From positions 25,606,001 through 25,670,000 of the forward strand of contig OZ024744.1 in assembly GCA_964016885.1 (NCBI GenBank): a stretch of DNA of 64,000 nucleotides. The letters are read 5' to 3'. Positions 48,201 to 60,200 of the stretch are shown here, piece after piece (position 1 is the stretch's first letter; each line of letters opens with the position of its first letter). The position numbers and the translations under genes were made by a program. The notes below the pieces were generated by a model. The model did no database searches. It was not told the origin of the DNA and saw only the letters and a program-made list of their open reading frames with translations. The stretch comes from Eledone cirrhosa. Its lineage: Eukaryota.

Positions 48201-51200
48201 GTTGTTAGTGGTTGTTAGTGGTTGTTAGTGGTTTTTAGTGGTTGTATTGGTCGTTAGTTGTTGTTAATGATTATTAGTAGTTGTTAGCGGTTGGTAGTGG
48301 TTGTTAGTGGTCGTTAGTGGTTGTTAGTGGTTGTTAGTGGTTGTTAGTGGTTGTTAGTGGTTGTTAGTAGTTGTTAGTGGTTGACAGTGGTTGTTATTGA
48401 TTGTCAGTGGTTGTTAGTGGTTGTTAGTAATTGTTATTGGTCGTTAGTGGTTGTTAATGTTTGTTAGTAGTTGTTAGTGGTTGTTAGTGGTTGTTAGTGG
48501 TTGTTAGTGGTTGTTAGTGGTTGTTAGTGTTGTTACTGGTTGTTATTGGTTGTTAGTGGTTGTTAGTGGTTGTTAGTGGTTGTTAGTGGATGTTAGTAGT
48601 TGTTAATGGTTGTTAGTTGTTGTTAGTGGTTGTTAGTAGTTGTTAGTGGTTGTTAGTAGTTGTTAATGCTTGATAATGGTTGTTAGTGGTTGCTAGTGTT
48701 TGTTAGTAGTTGTTAGTGGTTGTTAGTGGTTGTTAGTGGTTGTTAATAGTTGTTAGTGGTTGTTAGTGGATGTTAGGGGATGTTAGTAGTTGTTGATGGT
48801 TGTTAGTGGTTGTTAGTGGATGTTATTGGTTGTTAGTGGTTGTTAGTGGTTGTTAGTATTTGTTAGTGGTTGTTAGTGGTTCTTAGTGGTTGTTAGTAGT
48901 TGTTAGTGGTTGTTAGTGGTTGTTAGTGGTTGTTAGTGGTTGTTTGTGGTTGTTAATGGTTGTTAGTGGTTCGTTATTAGTTGTTAGTGGTTGTTAGTGG
49001 TTGTTAGTGGTTCTAGTGTTGTTAGTGGTTGTTAGTAGTTGTTAGTGGTTGTTAATCTTTGTTAGTAGTTGTTAGTGGTTGTTATTGGTTGTTAGTGGTT
49101 GTTAGAGGTTGTTAATGGTTATTAGTAGTTGTAAGTGGTTGTTAGTGGATGTTAGAGTTTGTTAGGGGTTGTTAGTGGTTGTTAGTGGTTGTTAGTGGTT
49201 GTTAGTGGTTGTTAGTAATTGTTATTGGTCGTTAGTGGTTGTTAATGGTTGTTAGTAGTTGTTAGTGGTTGTTAGTAGTTGTTAATGCTTGATAATGGTT
49301 GTTAGTGGTTGTTAGTGGTTGTTAGTGGTTGTTAGTGGTTGTTAGTGATTCTTTGTGGTTGTTTGTGGTTGTTAGTGGTTGTTAGTAGTTGTTAGTGGTT
49401 GTCAGTGGTTGTTATTGATTGTCAGTGGTTGTTAGTGGTTGTTAGTAATTGTTATTGGTCGTTAGTGGTTGTTAATGTTTGTTAGTAGTTGTTAGTGGTT
49501 GTTAGTGGTTGATAGTGGTTGTTAGTGGTTGTTAGTGGTTGTTAGTGGTGGTTAGCGGTTGTTAGTGGTTGTTAGTGTTGTTAGTGGTTGTTATGGTTGT
49601 TACTGGTTGTTAGTAGTTGTTAGAGCTTGTTAATGGTTGTTAATGGTTGTTAATGGTTGTTAGTGGTTTTTAGTGGTTGTTAGTAATTGTTAGTGGTCGT
49701 TAGATGTTGTTTGTGGTTGTTAGTGGTTGTTAGTGGTTGTTAGTGGTTGTTAGTGGTTGGTAGTAGTTGTTAATGTTTGATAATGGTTGTTAGTAATTGT
49801 TAGTGGTTGTTAGTGCTTGTTAATGGTTGTCAGAGTTTGTTAATGGTTGTTAGTAGTTGTTAGTGGTTGTTAGTGCTTGTTAGTAGTTTTTATTGGATGT
49901 TAGTGGTTGTTAGTGGTTGTTATAGTTGTTAGTAGTTGTTAGTAGTTATTAGTGGTTGTTAGTGTTGTTAGTGGTTGCTAGTGGTTGTTAGTGGATGTTA
50001 GTGGTTGTTAGTGGTTGTTAGTAGTTTAGTAGTTGTTAGTGGTTGTTAGTGGTTGTTAGTGGTTGTTAATGGTTGTTAGTGGTTGTTAGTAGTTGTTAGT
50101 GGTTGTTAGTGGTTGTTAGTGCTTGTTAGTGGTTGTTAGTGGTTGTTAGTGGTTGTTAGTGGTTGTTAGTGGTTGTTTGTGGTTGTTTGTGTTTGTTACC
50201 GTTTGTGAGTGATTGTTAGTGTTGTTAGTGGTTGTTAGTGGTTGTTAGTGGTTGTTAGTGATTGTTAGTAGTTGCTAGCAGTTGTTAGTGGTTGTTAGTG
50301 GTTGTTATTGATTGTGAGTGGTTGTTAATGGTTGTTAGTAATTGTTATTGGTAGTTAGTGGTTGTTTATGTTTGTTAGTAGTTGTTAGTGGTTGTTAGTG
50401 GTTGTTAGTGGTTGTTAGTGGTTGTTAGTGGTTGTTAGTGGTTGTTAGTGGTTGTTAGTAGTTGTTAGCGGTTGTTAGTGGTTGTTAGTGTTGTTAGTGG
50501 TTGTTAGTGGTTGTTACTGGTTGTTAGTAGTTGTTAGAGCTTGGTAGTGGTTGTTAGTGGTTGTTAGTGGTTGTTAGTAGTTGTTAGTGGTTGTTAGCGG
50601 TTGTTAGTGGTTGTTAGTGGTGGCTATTGGAAGTTAGTAGTTGTTAATGGTTGTTAGTGGTTGTTAGTGGTTGTTAGAGGTTGATAATCCTTGTTAGTAA
50701 TGTTAGTGGCTGTTAGTGGTTGTTAGTGGTTGTTACTGGTTGTTAGTAGTTGTTAGTGGTTGTTAGTAGTTGTTAGTGGTTGTTAGTAGTTGTTACTAGT
50801 TGCTATAGGTTGTTAGTGGTTGTTAGTGGTTGTTACTAGTTGTTAGAGCTTGGTAGTGGTTGTTAGTGGTTGTTAGTGGTTGTTAGTAGTCGTTAGTGGT
50901 TGTTTCGTGGTTGTTAGTGGTTGTTAGTGGTTGTTAGTGGTTGTTAGTGGTTGTTAGTGGGAGATAGTGAATGTTACTTGTTGTTAGTTGTTGTTAGTAG
51001 TTGTTAGTGGTTGTTAGTGGTTGTTAGTGGTTGTTAGTGGTTGTTAATGGTTGTTAGTGGTTGTTGGTAGTTGTTAATGATTGTTAGTGTTGTTAGTGGT
51101 TGTTAGTGATAGTTAGTAGTTGTTAGTAGTTGTTAGTGGTTGTTAGTGGTTGTTAGTGGTTGTTAGTGGTTGTTAGTGATTGTTATTTGTTGTTAGTGGT

Positions 51201-54200
51201 TGTTAGCGATTGTTAGTGAATGTTAGCGTTGTTAGTGGTTGTTAGTGGTTGCTAGTAGTTGTTAGAGATTGTTAGTGGTTGTTAGTGGTTGTTAGTGGTT
51301 GTTAGTGGTTGTTAGTGTTGTTAGTGGTTGTTAGTGGTTGTTAGTAGTTGTTAGTAGTTGTTAGTGGTTGTTAGTGGTTGTTAGTTGTTGTTAGTGGTTG
51401 TTAGTGGATGTTAGTAGTTGTTAGTGGTTGTTAGAAGTTGCTAGTGGTTGTTAGAGGTTGTTAGTGTTTGTTAGTGATTGTTATTGGTTGTTATTGGTCG
51501 TTAGTGGTTGTTAATGATTATTAGTAGTTGTTAGTGGTTGTTATAGTTGTTAGTAGTTGCTAGTAGTTGTTAGTGGTTGTTAGTGGTTGTTAGATGTTGT
51601 TAGTGGTTGTTAGTGGTTGTTAGTGGTTGTTAGCGGTTGTTAGTGGTTGTTAGTGTTGTTAGTGGTTGTTAGTGGTTGTTACTGGTTGTTACTAGTTGTT
51701 AGAGCTTGGTAGTGGTTGTTAGTGGTTGTTAGTGGTTGTTAGTGGTTGTTAATGGTTGTTAGTGGTTGTTAGTGGTTGTTAGTGGTTTTTAGTAGTTGTT
51801 AGTGGTTGTCAGTTGTTGTTAGTGGTTGTTTGTGGTTGTTATTTGTTGTTAGTGGTTGTTAGCGATTGTTAGTGATTGTTAGTGTTGTTAGTGGTTCTTA
51901 GTGGTTGCTAGTAGTTGTTAGAGATTGTTAGTGGTTGTTAGTGGTTGTTAGTGGTTGTTAGTAGTTGTTACTAGTTGCTAGAGGTTGTTAGTGGTTGTTA
52001 GTGGTTGTTAGTGGTTGTTAGTAGTTGTTAGTATTTGTTAGTGGTTGTTAGTGGTTGTTAGTGATTGTTAGTGTTGTTAGTGGTTGTTATTGATCGTTAG
52101 TTGTTGTTAGTGAATATTAGTAGTTGTTAGTGGTTGTTAGTGGTTCTTAGTGGTACTTAGTGGTTGTTAGTGGTTGTTAGTGGTTGTTAGTAGTTGTTAG
52201 TGGTTGTTAGTGGTTGTTATTGATTGTCAGTGGTTGTTAGTGGTTGTTAGTAACTGTTTTTGGTCGTTAGTGGTTGTTAATGAATATTAGTAGTTGTTCG
52301 TGGTTGTTAGTGGTTGTTAGTGGTTCTTAGTAGTTGTTAGTGGTTGTTAGTAGTTGTTACTGGTTGTTACTGGTTGTTAGTGGTTGTTAGTGGTTGTTAT
52401 TGATTGTGAGTGGTTGTTAATGGTTGTTAGTAATTGTTATTGGTAGTTAGTGGTTGTTTATGTTTGTTAGTAGTTGTTAGTGGTTGTTAGTGGTTGTTAG
52501 TGGTTGTTAGTGGTTGTTAGTGGTTGTTAGTGGTTGTTAGTGGTTGTTAGTAGTTGTTAGCGGTTGTTAGTGGTTGTTAGTGTTGTTAGTGGTTGTTAGT
52601 GGTTGTTACTGGTTGTTAGTAGTTGTTAGAGCTTGGTAGTGGTTGTTAGTGGTTGTTAGTGGTTGTTAGTAGTTGTTAGTGGTTGTTAGCGGTTGTTAGT
52701 GGTTGTTAGTGGTGGCTAGTGGAAGTTAGTAGTTGTTAATGGTTGTTAGTGGTTGTTAGTGGTTGTTAGAGGTTGATAATCCTTGTTAGTAATGTTAGTG
52801 GCTGTTAGTGGTTGTTAGTGGTTGTTACTGGTTGTTAGTAGTTGTTAGTGGTTGTTAGTAGTTGTTAGTGGTTGTTAGTAGTTGTTACTAGTTGCTATAG
52901 GTTGTTAGTGGTTGTTAGTGGTTGTTACTAGTTGTTAGAGCTTGGTAGTGGTTGTTAGTGGTTGTTAGTGGTTGTTAGTAGTCGTTAGTGGTTGTTTTGT
53001 GGTTGTTAGTGGTTGTTAGTGGTTGTTAGTGGTTGTTAGTGGTTGTTAGTGGGAGATAGTGAATGTTACTTGTTGTTAGTTGTTGTTAGTAGTTGTTAGT
53101 GGTTGTTAGTGGTTGTTAGTGGTTGTTAGTGGTTGTTAATGGTTGTTAGTGGTTGTTGGTAGTTGTTAATGATTGTTAGTGTTGTTAGTGGTTGTTAGTG
53201 ATAGTTAGTAGTTGTTAGTAGTTGTTAGTGGTTGTTAGTGGTTGTTAGTGGTTGTTAGTGGTTGTTAGTGATTGTTATTTGTTGTTAGTGGTTGTTAGCG
53301 ATTGTTAGTGAATGTTAGCGTTGTTAGTGGTTGTTAGTGGTTGCTAGTAGTTGTTAGAGATTGTTAGTGGTTGTTAGTGGTTGTTAGTGGTTGTTAGTGG
53401 TTGTTAGTGTTGTTAGTGGTTGTTAGTGGTTGTTAGTAGTTGTTAGTAGTTGTTAGTGGTTGTTAGTGGTTGTTAGTTGTTGTTAGTGGTTGTTAGTGGA
53501 TGTTAGTAGTTGTTAGTGGTTGTTAGAAGTTGCTAGTGGTTGTTAGAGGTTGTTAGTGTTTGTTAGTGATTGTTATTGGTTGTTATTGGTCGTTAGTGGT
53601 TGTTAATGATTATTAGTAGTTGTTAGTGGTTGTTATAGTTGTTAGTAGTTCCTAGTAGTTGTTAGTGGTTGTTAGTGGTTGTTAGATGTTGTTAGTGGTT
53701 GTTAGTGGTTGTTAGTGGTTGTTAGCGGTTGTTAGTGGTTGTTAGTGTTGTTAGTGGTTGTTAGTGGTTGTTACTGGTTGTTACTAGTTGTTAGAGCTTG
53801 GTAGTGGTTGTTAGTGGTTGTTAGTGGTTGTTAGTGGTTGTTAATGGTTGTTAGTGGTTGTTAGTGGTTGTTAGTGGTTTTTAGTAGTTGTTAGTGGTTG
53901 TCAGTTGTTGTTAGTGGTTGTTTGTGGTTGTTATTTGTTGTTAGTGGTTGTTAGCGATTGTTAGTGATTGTTAGTGTTGTTAGTGGTTGTTAGTGGTTGC
54001 TAGTAGTTGTTAGAGATTGTTAGTGGTTGTTAGTGGTTGTTAGTGGTTGTTAGTAGTTGTTACTAGTTGCTAGAGGTTGTTAGTGGTTGTTAGTGGTTGT
54101 TAGTGGTTGTTAGTAGTTGTTAGTATTTGTTAGTGGTTGTTAGTGGTTGTTAGTGATTGTTAGTGTTGTTAGTGGTTGTTATTGATCGTTAGTTGTTGTT

Positions 54201-57200
54201 AGTGAATATTAGTAGTTGTTAGTGGTTGTTAGTGGTTCTTAGTGGTACTTAGTGGTTGTTAGTGGTTGTTAGTGGTTGTTAGTAGTTGTTAGTGGTTGTT
54301 AGTGGTTGTTATTGATTGTCAGTGGTTGTTAGTGGTTGTTAGTAACTGTTTTTGGTCGTTAGTGGTTGTTAATGAATATTAGTAGTTGTTCGTGGTTGTT
54401 AGTGGTTGTTAGTGGTTCTTAGTAGTTGTTAGTGGTTGTTAGTAGTTGTTACTGGTTGTTACTGGTTGTTAGTGGTTGTTAGTGGTTATTAGTGGTTGTT
54501 AGTGGTTGTTAATGGTTGTTAGTTCATGTTAGTGGATGTTAGTGGATGTTAGTAGTTGTTAATGGTTGTTAGTGGTTGTTAGTGGTTGTTATTGGTTGTT
54601 AGTGGTTGTTAGTGGTTGGTAGTAGTTGTTAATGTTTGATAATGGTTGTTAGTAGTTGTTAGTGGTTGTTAGTGCTTGTTAGTAGATTTCATTGGATGTT
54701 AGTGGTTGTTAGTGGTTGTTATAGTTGTTAGTAGTTGTTAGTAGTTATTAGTGGTTGTTAGTGGTTGTTAGTGGTTGTTAGTGGTTGTTAGTGTTGTTAG
54801 TGGTTGCTAGTGGTTGTTAGTGGATGTTAGTGGTTGTTAGTGGTTGTTAGTAGTTTAGTAGTTGTTAGTGGTTGTTAGTGGTTGTTAGTGGTTGTTAATG
54901 GTTGTTAGTGGTTGTTAGTAGTTGTTAGTGGTTGTTAGTGGTTGTTAGTGCTTGTTAGTAGTTGTTAGTGGTTGTTAGTGGTTGTTAGTGGTTGTTAGTG
55001 GTTGTTTGTGTTTGTTACCGTTTGTGAGTGATTGTTAGTGTTGTTAGTGGTTGTTAGTGATTGTTAGTAGTTGCTAGTAGTTGTTAGTGGTTGTTAGTGG
55101 TTGTTATTGATTGTGAGTGGTTGTTAATGGTTGTTAGTAATTGTTATTGGTAGTTAGTGGTTGTTTATGTTTGTTAGTAGTTGTTAGTGGTTGTTAGTGG
55201 TTGTTAGTGGTTGTTAGTGGTTGTTAGTGGTTGTTAGTGGTTGTTAGTGGTTGTTAGTAGTTGTTAGCGGTTGTTAGTGGTTGTTAGAGTTGTTAGTGGT
55301 TGTTAGTGGTTGTTACTGGTTGTTAGTAGTTGTTAGAGCTTGGTAGTGGTTGTTAGTGGTTGTTAGTGGTTGTTAGTAGTTGTTAGTGGTTGTTAGCGGT
55401 TGTTAGTGGTTGTTAGTGGTTGGTAGTGGAAGTTAGTAGTTGTTAATGGTTGTTAGTGGTTGTTAGTGGTTCTTAGTATTTGTTAGTGGTTGTTAGTAGT
55501 TGTTAATGTTTGATAATGATTGTTAGTGGTTGTTAGTGGTTGTTAGTAGTTGTTAGTGGTTGTTAGTGATTGTTAGTGGTTGTTAATGGTTGTTAGTGTT
55601 TGTTAGTGGATATTAGTGGATGTTAGTAGTTGTTAATGGTTGTTAGTGGTTGTTAGTGGTTGTTAGTGGTTGTTAGTGGTAGTTAGTAGTTGTTAATGTT
55701 TGATAATGGTTGTTAGTAATCGTTAGTGGTTGTTAGTGGTTGTTAGTGGTTGTTAGTGGTTGTTAGAGGTTGATAATGCTTGTTAGTAATGTTAGTGGTT
55801 GTTAGTCGTTGTTAGTAGTTGTTAGTGGATGTTAGTGTTTGTTAGTGGTTGTTAGTAGTTGTTAGTGGTTGTTAGTAGTTGTTTGTGGTTGTTAGTGGTT
55901 GTTAGTGGTTGTTAGTGGTTGTTAGTGGTTGTTAGTGTTGTTAGTGGTTGTTAGTGGTTGTTAGTGGTTGTTAGTGGGAGATAGTGGATGTTAGTTGTTG
56001 TTTATTGTTGTTAGTAGTTGCTAGTGGTTGTTAGTGGTTGTTAGTGGTTGTTAGTGGTTGTTAATGGTTGTTAGTGGTTGTTAGTAGTTGTTAGTGGTTA
56101 TTAGTGGTTGTTAGTAGTTGTTAGTGTTTGTTAGTGGTTGTTAGTAGTTGTTAGTGGTTGTTAGTGTTTGTTAGTGGGTGTTAGTGGTTGTTAGTGGATG
56201 TTAGTAGTTGTTAGTGGTTGTTAGTGGTTGTTAGTGGTTGTTAGTGTTTGTTAGTGGTTGTTAGCGGTTGTTAATGGTTGTTAGTGTTGTTAGTGGTTGT
56301 TAGTGAGTGTTAGTGGTTGTTAGTGGTTGTTAGTGGTTGTTAGTGGTTGTTAGTGGTTGTTAGCGTTTGTTAGGTGTTGTTAGTGTTGTTAGTGGTTGTT
56401 AGTGGTTGTTACTGGTTGTTAGTAGTTGTTAGAGCTTGGTAGTGGTTGTTAGTGGTTGTTAGTGGTTGTTAGTAGTTGTTAGTGGTTGTTAGTGGTTGTT
56501 AGTGGTTGTTAGTGGTTGTTATTGGTTGTTAGTGGATGTTAGTAGTTGTTAATGTTTGTTAGTGGTTGTTAGTGGTTGTTAGTAGTTGTTAGTGGTTGTT
56601 AGTAGTTGTTAGTGGTTGTTAGTGGTTGTTAGTGGTTGTTAATGGTTGTTAGTGGTTGTTAGTGGATGTTAGTGTTGTTTGTGGTTGTTAGTGGTTGTTA
56701 GTGGTTGTTAGTGGTTGTTAGTGGTTGTTAGTGGTTGTAGTGGTTGTTAGTAGTTGTTATTGGTTGTTAGTGGTTGTTAGTGGTTGTTAGTGTTTGTTAG
56801 TGGTTGTTAGCGGTTGTTAATGATTGTTAGTGTTGTTAGTGGTTGTTAGTGATTGTTAGTAGTTGTTAGTAGTTGTTAGTGGTTGTTAGTGGTTGTTAGT
56901 GGTTGTTAGTGGTTGTTAATGGTTGTTATTTGTTGTTAGTGGTTGTTAACGATTGTTAGTGGTTGTTAGTGTTTGTTAGTGGTTGTTAGCGGTTGTTAAT
57001 GATTGTTAGTGTTGTTAGTGGTTGTTAGTGGTTGTTAGTGGTTGTTACTAGTTGTTAGAGCTTGGTAGTGGTTGTTAGTGGTTGTTAGTGGTTGTTAGTA
57101 GTCGTTAGTGGTTGTTTTGTGGTTGTTAGTGGTTGTTAGTGGTTGTTAGTGGTTGTTAGTGGTTGTTAGTGGGAGATAGTGAATGTTACTTGTTGTTAGT

Positions 57201-60200
57201 TGTTGTTAGTAGTTGTTAGTGGTTGTTAGTGGTTGTTAGTGGTTGTTAGTGGTTGTTAATGGTTGTTAGTGGTTGTTGGTAGTTGTTAATGATTGTTAGT
57301 GTTGTTAGTGGTTGTTAGTGATAGTTAGTAGTTGTTAGTAGTTGTTAGTGGTTGTTAGTGGTTGTTAGTGGTTGTTAGTGGTTGTTAGTGATTGTTATTT
57401 GTTGTTAGTGGTTGTTAGCGATTGTTAGTGAATGTTAGCGTTGTTAGTGGTTGTTAGTGGTTGCTAGTAGTTGTTAGAGATTGTTAGTGGTTGTTAGTGG
57501 TTGTTAGTGGTTGTTAGTGGTTGTTAGTGTTGTTAGTGGTTGTTAGTGGTTGTTAGTAGTTGTTAGTAGTTGTTAGTGGTTGTTAGTGGTTGTTAGTTGT
57601 TGTTAGTGGTTGTTAGTGGATGTTAGTAGTTGTTAGTGGTTGTTAGAAGTTGCTAGTGGTTGTTAGAGGTTGTTAGTGTTTGTTAGTGATTGTTATTGGT
57701 TGTTATTGGTCGTTAGTGGTTGTTAATGATTATTAGTAGTTGTTAGTGGTTGTTATAGTTGTTAGTAGTTGCTAGTAGTTGTTAGTGGTTGTTAGTGGTT
57801 GTTAGATGTTGTTAGTGGTTGTTAGTGGTTGTTAGTGGTTGTTAGCGGTTGTTAGTGGTTGTTAGTGTTGTTAGTGGTTGTTAGTGGTTGTTACTGGTTG
57901 TTACTAGTTGTTAGAGCTTGGTAGTGGTTGTTAGTGGTTGTTAGTGGTTGTTAGTGGTTGTTAATGGTTGTTAGTGGTTGTTAGTGGTTGTTAGTGGTTT
58001 TTAGTAGTTGTTAGTGGTTGTCAGTTGTTGTTAGTGGTTGTTTGTGGTTGTTATTTGTTGTTAGTGGTTGTTAGCGATTGTTAGTGATTGTTAGTGTTGT
58101 TAGTGGTTGTTAGTGGTTGCTAGTAGTTGTTAGAGATTGTTAGTGGTTGTTAGTGGTTGTTAGTGGTTGTTAGTAGTTGTTACTAGTTGCTAGAGGTTGT
58201 TAGTGGTTGTTAGTGGTTGTTAGTGGTTGTTAGTAGTTGTTAGTATTTGTTAGTGGTTGTTAGTGGTTGTTAGTGATTGTTAGTGTTGTTAGTGGTTGTT
58301 ATTGATCGTTAGTTGTTGTTAGTGAATATTAGTAGTTGTTAGTGGTTGTTAGTGGTTCTTAGTGGTACTTAGTGGTTGTTAGTGGTTGTTAGTGGTTGTT
58401 AGTAGTTGTTAGTGGTTGTTAGTGGTTGTTATTGATTGTCAGTGGTTGTTAGTGGTTGTTAGTAACTGTTTTTGGTCGTTAGTGGTTGTTAATGAATATT
58501 AGTAGTTGTTCGTGGTTGTTAGTGGTTGTTAGTGGTTCTTAGTAGTTGTTAGTGGTTGTTAGTAGTTGTTACTGGTTGTTACTGGTTGTTAGTGGTTGTT
58601 AGTGGTTATTAGTGGTTGTTAGTGGTTGTTAATGGTTGTTAGTTCATGTTAGTGGATGTTAGTGGATGTTAGTAGTTGTTAATGGTTGTTAGTGGTTGTT
58701 AGTGGTTGTTATTGGTTGTTAGTGGTTGTTAGTGGTTGGTAGTAGTTGTTAATGTTTGATAATGGTTGTTAGTAGTTGTTAGTGGTTGTTAGTGCTTGTT
58801 AGTAGATTTCATTGGATGTTAGTGGTTGTTAGTGGTTGTTATAGTTGTTAGTAGTTGTTAGTAGTTATTAGTGGTTGTTAGTGGTTGTTAGTGGTTGTTA
58901 GTGGTTGTTAGTGTTGTTAGTGGTTGCTAGTGGTTGTTAGTGGATGTTAGTGGTTGTTAGTGGTTGTTAGTAGTTTAGTAGTTGTTAGTGGTTGTTAGTG
59001 GTTGTTAGTGGTTGTTAATGGTTGTTAGTGGTTGTTAGTAGTTGTTAGTGGTTGTTAGTGGTTGTTAGTGCTTGTTAGTAGTTGTTAGTGGTTGTTAGTG
59101 GTTGTTAGTGGTTGTTAGTGGTTGTTTGTGTTTGTTACCGTTTGTGAGTGATTGTTAGTGTTGTTAGTGGTTGTTAGTGGTTGTTAGTGGTTGTTAGTGA
59201 TTGTTAGTAGTTGCTAGTAGTTGTTAGTGGTTGTTAGTGGTTGTTATTGATTGTGAGTGGTTGTTAATGGTTGTTAGTAATTGTTATTGGTAGTTAGTGG
59301 TTGTTTATGTTTGTTAGTAGTTGTTAGTGGTTGTTAGTGGTTGTTAGTGGTTGTTAGTGGTTGTTAGTGGTTGTTAGTGGTTGTTAGTGGTTGTTAGTAG
59401 TTGTTAGCGGTTGTTAGTGGTTGTTAGAGTTGTTAGTGGTTGTTAGTGGTTGTTACTGGTTGTTAGTAGTTGTTAGAGCTTGGTAGTGGTTGTTAATGGT
59501 TGTTAGTGGTTGTTAGTAGTTGTTAGTGGTTGTTAGCGGTTGTTAGTGGTTGTTAGTGGTTGGTAGTGGAAGTTAGTAGTTGTTAATGGTTGTTAGTGGT
59601 TGTTAGTGGTTCTTAGTATTTGTTAGTGGTTGTTAGTAGTTGTTAATGTTTGATAATGATTGTTAGTGGTTGTTAGTGGTTGTTAGTAGTTGTTAGTGGT
59701 TGTTAGTGATTGTTAGTGGTTGTTAATGGTTGTTAGTGTTTGTTAGTGGATATTAGTGGATGTTAGTAGTTGTTAATGGTTGTTAGTGGTTGTTAGTGGT
59801 TGTTAGTGGTTGTTAGTGGTAGTTAGTAGTTGTTAATGTTTGATAATGGTTGTTAGTAATCGTTAGTGGTTGTTAGTGGTTGTTAGTGGTTGTTAGTGGT
59901 TGTTAGAGGTTGATAATGCTTGTTAGTAATGTTAGTGGTTGTTAGTCGTTGTTAGTAGTTGTTAGTGGATGTTAGTGTTTGTTAGTGGTTGTTAGTAGTT
60001 GTTAGTGGTTGTTAATAGTTGTTTGTGGTTGTTAGTGGTTGTTAGTGGTTGTTAGTGGTTGTTAGTGGTTGTTAGTGTTGTTAGTGGTTGTTAGTGGTTG
60101 TTAGTGGTTGTTAGTGGGAGATAGTGGATGTTAGTTGTTGTTAATTGTTGTTAGTAGTTGCTAGTGGTTGTTAGTGGTTGTTAGTGGTTGTTAGTGGTTG